Source of the DNA: an uncultured virus (IMG/VR IMGVR_UViG_3300025154_000083)
Taxonomy: Duplodnaviria; Heunggongvirae; Uroviricota; Caudoviricetes
Strand: one strand, 5' to 3'
DNA length: 64,000 nucleotides
Virus record (IMG/VR): IMGVR_UViG_3300025154_000083
Span: 1-64,000 of that record
In this document: in pieces, positions 10,007 to 18,739 of the stretch
Layout: every line of letters starts with the position of its first letter
How positions within the stretch are numbered: the first letter of the stretch is position 1
Program-made: the position numbers and the translations under genes
Notes under the pieces: model-generated
What the model saw: the letters and a program-made list of their open reading frames with translations, nothing else
What the model was told of the DNA's origin: nothing
Databases searched by the model: none

Positions 10007-12445
10007 ATGGCAACTCTCGTGTTCAAGGGATTCTCGGGCGAGGTCCCGCGCCTCTCCCCGAAAGACCTTGCCAACAATCAGGCGACCTATGCGAAGAACT
10101 GCAAGCTTTACTCCGGGAAGATCATGCCGCTCCGGAACTATGTCGATATCCTGAACCTTGGCACCCTTGCTTCTCCACCGCTCTCCATTTACAAATTCGG
10201 CTCCGCTCCGTACTGGCTCTATTGGACTTCCGATGTGAACGTGGTGAAGAGCCCGTTAGCCGACGTGGACGATAGAACCTACGTCACCGGGATGGACGTT
10301 CCCCGCATTTTCGATTCCACCATGATCACGGGGCACACCGCGGCATCAACAAGCCTCACATCCTACCGGCTTGGAGTCCCGCGCCCGGACAAGGCCCCCA
10401 TCGTCGAGCGGGAAATGCTCTACAAGATAGACAAGAATTCCGTTAAGGGCGGGATCGGCATGTCGGCTGTCGGATATCACGCCATATGCCTTGGAGGAGA
10501 GCCCGAGAAAATAGAGCGCGTTACCGATGAGCAACAATCCATCGCCTACGTCTATACCAACGTCAACAGTTGGGGCGAGGAAGGGGCGGAATCCCCTCCT
10601 TCGAGGATAATCGATCATTGGGCCGGTACAGACAGAAAAGAAAGCCTGAATGCCACAACGGGGCTATGGGCGGCCACTGCCAGCGGGACTGATGAGTGGC
10701 GGTTTGTCGGGTCCCTCGACCTCATTCCGTCATCTGTTTCCGTGAAGGGGGCGGCTTATCTTCGGAATGGAGTCGCCGGCGAGCTTCGTGTTGGCGAGTG
10801 GGCATGGACCGGGACTTCCATCATTATCCGCCTGGCTGAGTCCGACCCGGATCCCAACAACCTGGAAGACGACGATATCGAAGCTGGATGGCAGCGGTAT
10901 GTTGATGTTTCGGGGTTCGTTGACACCTACGAGAACGACGCCGAGGAATCCGTTGCGCTGAGCGCAGAGCATCACATAACGAAGCGAAGGATCTATCGGG
11001 TAAACACGGGGTCGTCGGCAGCGGTCTATCAGTTTGTTGATGAAATCGACGTCGCTGACACCACATACAGGGACGTGATCTTGTCGGCCGACCTCGGGGA
11101 GGTCCTTGCCACGTCCACTTACCTTCCTCCGCCCGAAGACTTGATAGGCATCATCCCCCTTCCAGGAGGAGGCATGGCCGGATTCAGGCAGGGAGAAAAC
11201 TCGAACGAGCTGTGCCTGTGCGTGCCGTACAAGTGCTACGCTTGGCCGTCCGGATACCGGGAGACGGTCAATTCATCCATTGTTGCAATCGGGTCATCGG
11301 GAAACACCATCGTGATCGGAACCGACAAGGAGACCCTGCTCTACACCGGTCTCGATCCGGCATCCATGGCCTTTGACGACAACTCCATTCAGAAGCCGTG
11401 CCTTTCGAAGCGCGGGATGGTGACAACGGAAAGCGGGGTGTTCTTCCCTACGGTTGACGGGGTTCTGGTAGTGGGGCCCGGGGGAGCAAGGGTTGCAACG
11501 AATGATATTTTCAGGGAGCGCGAGTGGCGCATGATGCAGCCAGAGACCATGCTTTCGTTCTTTTTGAATCAGAACTATGTGGCATACCATGATTATGATT
11601 TCGATCTGAATTTCATGGCCGACCAGGAAGCCAGGAGAGCGGATAATATTGAGGTCTATTTCGGTGAAGGAGAGATCTCCGGATCGATTGGAAGCCACGG
11701 GATAGGGATGCGTGCCATCGGGTCGAGCCTGATAAAATCCGTGTATATTGACATGATACAGAGCGGGACCGGCGGGCTTGGCAGCGGAGACAGCGGAGAC
11801 AGCGGGGAAGGTTTCCTTATTGGAGGTGGAATCTCTGAGGGAACGCTCATTCGTCTTGATCATTCCCTTGCAGGATACTTGAGCCATGAAGAAGGTCTCC
11901 TTTACGTGGTTCAGAAGATCTCGGGGAATTATGTGATCCGGAAGCTCGACGGCCACGAGACGCAAAACATGCTCTGCACTTGGACAAGTAAGGTTCATGA
12001 GTTTCCTGGGCTCGTAAACTTCGGGGCCGCGAAGGTGGTTGCAGACTATGGAGATCCGGTGCCGGCGGCGAAGCGGGCCGCTTATGATGCGTACCGGGAT
12101 GCCGTCATTGCCGCGAATGAGGCGCTCATGGATAGTGATGAGGGGGTGGGCGGGTCCATAGACGCTTTTGATATGAATGACGTGGCCGTGAATGATGATA
12201 AGCTGAAAGATGTTCCGGTCGAGATGGCCGATGACCCGACGTTGCTTTTCAGGCTGTTTGTGGCAGATCGTGGCGGGAGCGTGCTCAAGCTCAAGTATCA
12301 GAAGATGGTTTCAGCGAACACGCCCTTCCGCCTTCCCGGAAAGTATCGGGGGAGGAAAGGGAAGATCAGTATTGTGAGCGATATCGACGTCGATGAAGTT
12401 CGTCTTGCTACCAGCATCGAGGAGCTTGTGCAGGTTGGAGGGTAG
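10007..12445 (+). CDS. Tail nozzle/stabilization protein
   Basis: About 812 aa from MATLVFKGFSGEVPRL, RBS AAGGAG. Motifs YVYTNVNSWGEEG.ESPPS, YAWP..Y and PFRLPG.YRGR. Confidence 0.7.
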   Translation: MATLVFKGFSGEVPRLSPKDLANNQATYAKNCKLYSGKIMPLRNYVDILNLGTLASPPLSIYKFGSAPYWLYWTSDVNVVKSPLADVDDRTYVTGMDVPRIFDSTMITGHTAASTSLTSYRLGVPRPDKAPIVEREMLYKIDKNSVKGGIGMSAVGYHAICLGGEPEKIERVTDEQQSIAYVYTNVNSWGEEGAESPPSRIIDHWAGTDRKESLNATTGLWAATASGTDEWRFVGSLDLIPSSVSVKGAAYLRNGVAGELRVGEWAWTGTSIIIRLAESDPDPNNLEDDDIEAGWQRYVDVSGFVDTYENDAEESVALSAEHHITKRRIYRVNTGSSAAVYQFVDEIDVADTTYRDVILSADLGEVLATSTYLPPPEDLIGIIPLPGGGMAGFRQGENSNELCLCVPYKCYAWPSGYRETVNSSIVAIGSSGNTIVIGTDKETLLYTGLDPASMAFDDNSIQKPCLSKRGMVTTESGVFFPTVDGVLVVGPGGARVATNDIFREREWRMMQPETMLSFFLNQNYVAYHDYDFDLNFMADQEARRADNIEVYFGEGEISGSIGSHGIGMRAIGSSLIKSVYIDMIQSGTGGLGSGDSGDSGEGFLIGGGISEGTLIRLDHSLAGYLSHEEGLLYVVQKISGNYVIRKLDGHETQNMLCTWTSKVHEFPGLVNFGAAKVVADYGDPVPAAKRAAYDAYRDAVIAANEALMDSDEGVGGSIDAFDMNDVAVNDDKLKDVPVEMADDPTLLFRLFVADRGGSVLKLKYQKMVSANTPFRLPGKYRGRKGKISIVSDIDVDEVRLATSIEELVQVGG

Positions 12446-12469
12446 GAGTGGAGTGGAGTGGAGTGGAGT
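12445..12469 (+). repeat. (GGAGT)5 microsatellite
   Basis: Five exact tandem copies, intergenic. Confidence 0.95.
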
Positions 12470-12493
12470 GATGAAGGGGAAGAACGATAAATC

Positions 12494-13441
12494 ATGGCAA
12501 AAATCACCAAGATAAAATCAATCGGAAACATCCCGCTCAATATAGATCCCGATGTTCGCCGCATCCTCACAGCCTTGAAGGAGAGGGCCGAGATCCTGTT
12601 TGGAGACCGCGCCTCCGATTCCGGTGAAAAGTACCAGAGCTATGCCGAGTTTGTTGAATCGCTTGAATCCGTCAACCAGGCACTGTCTGGGAAAGCCGAA
12701 ACCGATCACGGCCACGAAGAAACGTATTACACCAAGGAATCCACGGACAAGAGATTGTCCGAGATGAGGATCTTGGATTTAGAGGATGTTGAGTTTGAAA
12801 CCGGGACCGAGAATGCCGGAAAGATCCTCTTCGTAAACAGGGAGAGCGGGGCCGTTGACGTGATCCCAGGGGTAATGATTGGCGAGGAAGGGAACGTGGA
12901 GCTCTCCGAGGGCGCCGTAGCTTTCGAGGACATTTCCGTGTCCGGCCTTTCCCTTTCCGGCCCGATAGCACCAGCGGTAGCGGCCGGGCTCGTTCCGGTG
13001 TTTGCGGCCGGGAGCTGCATAGGGGTCGGCTTCGACGGGGCCGGCGCGCTAGAGGAGCTTCACGGAGAAATCCTCCTTCCCGGAAGATATTTGGAAGGGT
13101 CGGATGTCATCCCGTTTGTTTCCTGGATGCCGGCGGTTGCCGGGGCCGGGGATGTTAAATGGCAGCTCGAGTATTCCTGGCAGAATGACGGAGAGGCTTT
13201 CGCGGCTCCAACGACTATCGATGTCGTTTCTTCATCATCCGGAACCGCATGGCAGCCAGAGCGGGCAGCATTCGCCGCCGTCTCCGGGAGCGGCATACTG
13301 GTCAGGTCCAAGATAGTTTTCAGGGTCTTCCGGGATTCTCTGGATGGCGACGACACTTACGGAAGCGATGCCGTGCTTCTCGATGTTGGATTCACGATCC
13401 AGGTTGACGGATTTGGGATGAAGACTGCGGATGCTAAATAA
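12494..13441 (+). CDS. Putative tail-associated protein
   Basis: 315 aa in the tail operon with a beta-sandwich-like C-terminus. Confidence 0.6.
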   Translation: MAKITKIKSIGNIPLNIDPDVRRILTALKERAEILFGDRASDSGEKYQSYAEFVESLESVNQALSGKAETDHGHEETYYTKESTDKRLSEMRILDLEDVEFETGTENAGKILFVNRESGAVDVIPGVMIGEEGNVELSEGAVAFEDISVSGLSLSGPIAPAVAAGLVPVFAAGSCIGVGFDGAGALEELHGEILLPGRYLEGSDVIPFVSWMPAVAGAGDVKWQLEYSWQNDGEAFAAPTTIDVVSSSSGTAWQPERAAFAAVSGSGILVRSKIVFRVFRDSLDGDDTYGSDAVLLDVGFTIQVDGFGMKTADAK

Positions 13442-13495
13442 GGCTCAAGAGACCTGAATTTTATAGTTTCACCACAAAAGAAAGGATTCCCCTTC

Positions 13496-14377
13496 ATGGC
13501 GACTACGATTCCGAATCTCCAAGCAGACTTCATGAATCGGTACACGAGTGAGGTTCCTCCAATGCCGGGGCTCATGGGCGGACTGACCGGGCAGGGTGGT
13601 GCGGCGGGTGGTGCGGCGGGTGGTGCGGCGGGTGGGGGTGGCGGAAGGACTGGCGGGATCGGGCTGGTGCAGAATCGGTCTGCTTCTCAGTGGAGCGGAG
13701 TGGGTACTGATGGTGGAGTTGGAGGTGGATCTGGAGGTGGAGTTGGCACTTCCGGAGGTGTGGCTTCTCAAAGTAGGGCGCAAATAGATCCCTTATCTTT
13801 TAGTGCCGGGGTTGGCGGAGGGCTTTCCGGGCCGGGTGCAACCGGTGATCTTGACGGGGACCTTGATGCCGGGATTCCGGGGCATCATAGCGCGGAAGAT
13901 TATGGTGGGGTTATTGGCGACATTCATTCAGGGCTTCAGGGGGCGTTCGGGGCCTTATCCAACCTCGGAGGCTTTGGCGCATTATCCCAAGCCGCTTCAT
14001 ATTCGCAGCAAAAAGACTTTGATAAAACCAACGTCGATAAGCCGAGCACGATTGCCGCAATGGATCCAATGGGCTTCGGCGTGTTCGGAGGAACCCCTGT
14101 TTCGGGGATACTTGGAATGGTCGGGATGCTTGCCGATAAGATGGGATTTGGTTTCGATCCCGCGATTGCCGGCGAGGACCTCGGGGGGTACGGACTTGGC
14201 GAAGGATTTGGCGGGGCGGCCGGCGTTGCCGGTGTGAGCGGGTTTGGCGGTGGAGGGAGTTATGGAGAGGGATATGGCGGACTCAGCGGAGACATGGGTG
14301 GGTTCGGGGAAGGAAGCATAGGTGCTGGAAACAGCCAGGGGGCCGGTGACGAGGGTGATGGCGGATCTACTTGGTAA
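13496..14377 (+). CDS. Gly-rich protein, probable internal virion protein
   Basis: 293 aa with RBS AAAGGA, located between tail and ejection genes. Confidence 0.55.
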   Translation: MATTIPNLQADFMNRYTSEVPPMPGLMGGLTGQGGAAGGAAGGAAGGGGGRTGGIGLVQNRSASQWSGVGTDGGVGGGSGGGVGTSGGVASQSRAQIDPLSFSAGVGGGLSGPGATGDLDGDLDAGIPGHHSAEDYGGVIGDIHSGLQGAFGALSNLGGFGALSQAASYSQQKDFDKTNVDKPSTIAAMDPMGFGVFGGTPVSGILGMVGMLADKMGFGFDPAIAGEDLGGYGLGEGFGGAAGVAGVSGFGGGGSYGEGYGGLSGDMGGFGEGSIGAGNSQGAGDEGDGGSTW

Positions 14378-14443
14378 GAAAGCCTTCTGGTAACAATTCT
14401 TGACCGGACCGACTCATTATTTGAATAAAAAGGGAGAAAGCTC

Positions 14444-15718
14444 ATGGCCTTTGACTGGGGTGGAGCAATAAGTGGCGCGGCAACCATAGGAAGCTCGGTT
14501 TTCAGCTATCTCAACGGCAAGAAGGCTATGGGAATGGCCGATGATATGTACGGGGCGTCGCAGGAGCTTACTGAGGCCCAGGCAGCCCTGATCATGCAAA
14601 TGATGGAGCAGTCCGGGGAGCAATGGGATTACTGGAAGAAATTCGAGCTTCCCATTCAAAGGCAGCTCTCGAAAGACTATTTGAATACCTACCTTCCCAT
14701 GCAAAAGCAAGTGGCCAGGGCATACATGCGCGACCAGCTTCCGCTGGAGCACAAGATCATGGTGCAGGCGCAGGAAGAGCCGAAGTATGACACACTCATG
14801 GGCCAGGCCGCGGCCGATGTTGCACAGGGCTTCGACAACACCCGGGAGCAATCCGGGCGCGCCCTTGGCCGGTATGGCATCAACCCGAATTCCGGGAGGT
14901 TTGCCGACGCGCAAAGACAGCAGGACCTCGCGCAATCAGCCATGACCGCCGGGGCGAGAACGACGGCTCGGGATAAGGCGGATGAGGTGAGTTGGGGGAG
15001 GCGCATCCAGGCAGCCGGGATCAAGCGCGGGCTGGCCTATCCCTCTCCAAGCGGTAACGTCGGGAACATGGCCATGAACACTCAAGGTCAGGCACTGGCC
15101 GGCGCCGGAAATGCCGCGAGCCAGTACGCGAGCCTCGGAAATACGGCGGCCGGATACGGAGCGCAGAGCATGTACGGGCTCGGGCAGGGATTGAATCAGC
15201 TCACGGGGAGCGGGAGCGGGTCGCTTCAGGGAATGTGGAATAACATTTCAGGGCTGTTCAAGGAATACGGCGGGCCGGTTCGGGAAGGAGAGCGGTATAT
15301 TGTCGGTGAAGCCGGGCCGGAAGAGTTCGTTGCGCCCGCTGACGGGATGATCGTTCCAAATCCTGCGACCATGGAGCAGATGGGGCGGTGGAAGGGCGGG
15401 GGAGGGGGCGGCGGCGGAATAATGGATGGCGGCGGCGGCATGATGCCTGGAAGGGGCAGGGGCCTCATGAGTGCCGACGGTGAAGGATATGGCGAAGGCG
15501 GTTATGGCGCAGGGAACAGGCAAGCCCCTCCCCTTCAAGGCGGATTCCCGAAAAACGTGCCCTGCAGAACGGCTAATCGTGAAGATCCTCCCATGGACAT
15601 GATGCAGGCTGGAGAGATTTCGGAATTGCTGAGAAAGCTGGTCGAGCTTTCCGGGGGGAAGTCCTTGATGGGGAATGGTGCTCCGCTTTCCGGGGAGATT
15701 GTTTTGCGGCAGGGGTAG
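14444..15718 (+). CDS. Internal virion/DNA ejection protein
   Basis: GAISGAATIGSS N-terminus, RYGINPNSGRF motif and Gly/Ala-rich helices. Confidence 0.7.
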   Translation: MAFDWGGAISGAATIGSSVFSYLNGKKAMGMADDMYGASQELTEAQAALIMQMMEQSGEQWDYWKKFELPIQRQLSKDYLNTYLPMQKQVARAYMRDQLPLEHKIMVQAQEEPKYDTLMGQAAADVAQGFDNTREQSGRALGRYGINPNSGRFADAQRQQDLAQSAMTAGARTTARDKADEVSWGRRIQAAGIKRGLAYPSPSGNVGNMAMNTQGQALAGAGNAASQYASLGNTAAGYGAQSMYGLGQGLNQLTGSGSGSLQGMWNNISGLFKEYGGPVREGERYIVGEAGPEEFVAPADGMIVPNPATMEQMGRWKGGGGGGGGIMDGGGGMMPGRGRGLMSADGEGYGEGGYGAGNRQAPPLQGGFPKNVPCRTANREDPPMDMMQAGEISELLRKLVELSGGKSLMGNGAPLSGEIVLRQG

Positions 15719-15820
15719 GAATTGAATCGAGCAATGCTATTTCATTTTTACCCTAATTATTGAACTATGAAATAAAATGACCACTCACAATAACCGTGAA
15801 TCGCAATAAGGAGAAAGTCC

Positions 15821-18133
15821 ATGGCTGGATGGGGAGGCATCGTATCCGGTACGGCTCCAAGTTTGATGTATAAAGGCTACCAGGACGCACAAACGCAGGA
15901 GCTTGGCCAGCAGCGGGCGGGCCTCGTAAACCAGGGGCTGCAAAGCGAGATCGACCAGCAGAAGGCGAATGAACCGCTGGTTCAGGCCGAGCGTGGGCTC
16001 AAGATGGAAGGGCTCGAGGAGCAGAAGAACTACAACGCCTTCATGCGTGATTTCCTTCCCGTGGCAAAGCGGGCCGTGGCGACGCAGGACCCCCAAGTCG
16101 TGGCCGATATGCTGAGCTATGACGGGTATGTACCCGACGGCAGGAAGTACAAGGGCGGCGTCAAGGTTGATCCGAGAACTGGAGTGAAGGCGTTCACCCT
16201 TACCGATGATGCCGGGAATGCACAGGAGTTCGGCAGCATCAACGAAATGCTGGAGGTTCCCATGGCCCTGGCGAATCCCAAGAATTTCATGGGATGGATC
16301 GCGGAAAGCAGGCAGAGCAGGGCCAAGGAAGCTCAGTGGATGAAAGACAAGGCCTGGGACGTTCGGAAGATGGGGATTGAGCGGGCCAATGAGCTTGAGA
16401 AGTTGGATGTTGGGCATGGGTACAAGCTTGACGAGGCAACGCACCAGGGAAGCATCGATGTTCAGAAGGCCAGGCTTACCCCGACCCCCGAAGAGAAGAA
16501 CACCATGATGTATGTCGAGTCCCTCGGGGTCGATCCCGTGCAGGCCAACATGATCATGCATTCGGTGAGCAGGGGAGACGATGCCGCATATCAGCGCGCG
16601 GTACTGGCGGCGGCCGGGAATATTTTCCAGAATTCTTTCGATACCGAGTCGGCACAGAAGAAGGTTGATGGGCTGAAGGCTTATGCCGACAAGCTCAGAA
16701 AGTCTTCTTTGTGGGGTGGCGGTGGCGGTGAAGGTGGGGCTGGGAGTGCCGGGCAGGGAGGCCAAGCAGTCCCTGGAGATCCTCAATCGGTTTATGACCA
16801 GATCAAAGCGAAGTACCCCAACAAATCCGAAGCAGAGATCAAGAAGGCGGCAGAGGCCATATCTCAGAAACTATCGCAGGGATCTCCCGGTGGCGGGGCA
16901 CCAGGCGCACCCGGAAACGCATCACCCTCGAAGGGAGGAGGCCTATCCCCTTCAGGGCGAACCATGCAGGAGCTTGATGAAATGGAGCTTCCATCGACGG
17001 GGGATGGTAGTGCAGGCGCATCGCAACAAGCGCCATTCGTCCCCTTCAGAGCACCTTCCGTCCCGTCTCGTGTCACGCCGACCAACCAGCAAGAGGCATC
17101 TCTCGGAAGTCGCATCCTGTCAGCGATATCCCCAAACGAGGCATACGCAGCCGAGACAGCGCCGGGTGTTACCGGCAAAAGAGGCCTATCCACCAGGCCA
17201 ACCACGGCCGCCCCTCTTGCCCGTCAAGGAGCCGGAGGAGCACGCGGCCTCATGATGGCAGACTATGCGCCCGAGGCCTGGGCTGGAATGCCGTTGAGCG
17301 AGCGAGTCAAGTATGTCATGGAGCGCGAGGGAGAGGCCGAAAGGCAGCAGAAGGAGGATACGTTCGCATCCCTTCCCATTGGAGAGCGTGCGAGGATTGT
17401 CATGAGCGGAGCGCCGGAAGGATCAACCAAGGCTTACGGGGATACTTTTCGGCGGAGCGGGATTCCCGTGTCGCAGGGGCAGCAGGGGCAGCAGGGGCTA
17501 TCCGCAGGAACTGAAATCGGTGCGGTTGGAACGGGTCCCGTTGCTCAGCAACAGCAGCAGCAACAGCAGCAGCAACAGCCGTCGCTTTCAATGTTTTCCG
17601 GGAAGGCCAATCAATTTCTCCTTCAAGGGAATGGCGGGGCGGTTGGCGGTGGGGCTGCGGGTGGCAATGTGACGACGCCCCTTGCTCCTCAGTCTCGCGG
17701 ACTCCAGGTTCAGCGGCCCGCTCGGCAGGATCAATTCCAGCCCCAGCAGCAAGTTTCTCCCCAGCCTCAGCAGCAACCCACTTCCCCACAGCAATCCGGT
17801 CAGCGCCCAATAACCGACAAGTGGGGCGACCAGGTAATTCCTGGAAGGGGAACGCCGGTACTCTGGCACGAGCTCCCCGTGAGAGACAGGGCCGAGGACG
17901 TGCAGCAAGTGGTGCGTGGAGAGCGGTCCATGGGAGCAAGGAAGGACCGCGCCATTTTCGAGGCTTTTGCTTTGGCGAACGAGGACCCGGCGCTTGCGGC
18001 CGAGGTGCTGGCCATGGGGATGAAGGTGGGGAAGATTCCGCCGATTTTTATGTGGGAGAGCGATAATACTGCGTTGCCTGAGTATCAGCAGGGAGATGGA
18101 AGAGGTTTGGCGAGAGGTGGCATTGGTGGTTGA
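15821..18133 (+). CDS. Internal virion/DNA ejection protein with Gln-rich region
   Basis: 770 aa, RBS AAGGAG, helical N-terminal half, poly-Q near 17546-17578. Confidence 0.65.
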   Translation: MAGWGGIVSGTAPSLMYKGYQDAQTQELGQQRAGLVNQGLQSEIDQQKANEPLVQAERGLKMEGLEEQKNYNAFMRDFLPVAKRAVATQDPQVVADMLSYDGYVPDGRKYKGGVKVDPRTGVKAFTLTDDAGNAQEFGSINEMLEVPMALANPKNFMGWIAESRQSRAKEAQWMKDKAWDVRKMGIERANELEKLDVGHGYKLDEATHQGSIDVQKARLTPTPEEKNTMMYVESLGVDPVQANMIMHSVSRGDDAAYQRAVLAAAGNIFQNSFDTESAQKKVDGLKAYADKLRKSSLWGGGGGEGGAGSAGQGGQAVPGDPQSVYDQIKAKYPNKSEAEIKKAAEAISQKLSQGSPGGGAPGAPGNASPSKGGGLSPSGRTMQELDEMELPSTGDGSAGASQQAPFVPFRAPSVPSRVTPTNQQEASLGSRILSAISPNEAYAAETAPGVTGKRGLSTRPTTAAPLARQGAGGARGLMMADYAPEAWAGMPLSERVKYVMEREGEAERQQKEDTFASLPIGERARIVMSGAPEGSTKAYGDTFRRSGIPVSQGQQGQQGLSAGTEIGAVGTGPVAQQQQQQQQQQQPSLSMFSGKANQFLLQGNGGAVGGGAAGGNVTTPLAPQSRGLQVQRPARQDQFQPQQQVSPQPQQQPTSPQQSGQRPITDKWGDQVIPGRGTPVLWHELPVRDRAEDVQQVVRGERSMGARKDRAIFEAFALANEDPALAAEVLAMGMKVGKIPPIFMWESDNTALPEYQQGDGRGLARGGIGG

Positions 18134-18250
18134 TTTGTTGATTGCGTTCTTCTCTTTCATGAAATAAAATAAATTCGTAGCCTGTTTTAGTGGGCTGGAA
18201 TGGGTAGCGGTCATCAACGACCATCAACGACATGAGAGAGGAGAAATATT

Positions 18251-18622
18251 ATGGGAAAAGCGATAATAAAAGTCTTGAATTCAAGAATTGGCTTCGCTGA
18301 AAACGTGAAATTACTTGGGTTCGATAACGATATTAACCGTTTCGGGTGCTTGTTGTATGTAGAGCATCCCGAAATTACTGGATTGCAAGAACATGAATGG
18401 CATCATCTTAGTTTGAATGCTGCGATTAGCATATTCCCTTTCCTCTTCAAGAAAAAAGATCCCATTCTTTATCGAGACTTCTCCGACATCCGGGCAGCAT
18501 TAAAGCGAGTGGATGATCTTGATCGACTGGCAAAGTCTAAGATTGATTCTCCAGAGAGTGACGATTCCGATTCTTTTTTCAAAATACTGTTAAGAGATTT
18601 CACGGGAAAGCCAGTTGAATGA
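18251..18622 (+). CDS. Hypothetical protein, AT-rich moron-like insert
   Basis: 123 aa with RBS GAGGAG. Visibly more AT-rich than the flanking genes. Confidence 0.65.
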   Translation: MGKAIIKVLNSRIGFAENVKLLGFDNDINRFGCLLYVEHPEITGLQEHEWHHLSLNAAISIFPFLFKKKDPILYRDFSDIRAALKRVDDLDRLAKSKIDSPESDDSDSFFKILLRDFTGKPVE

Positions 18623-18739
18623 AGGATGTTCCACCCGTCATTTCCAGAGGCAGAAACCTCTGGTACTTTCCAATTTTGAAAATCCGAAAGCCCTGGTCCG
18701 CAACCATCCACGCATAAAGTCAGGAAGGATCACCCACCC

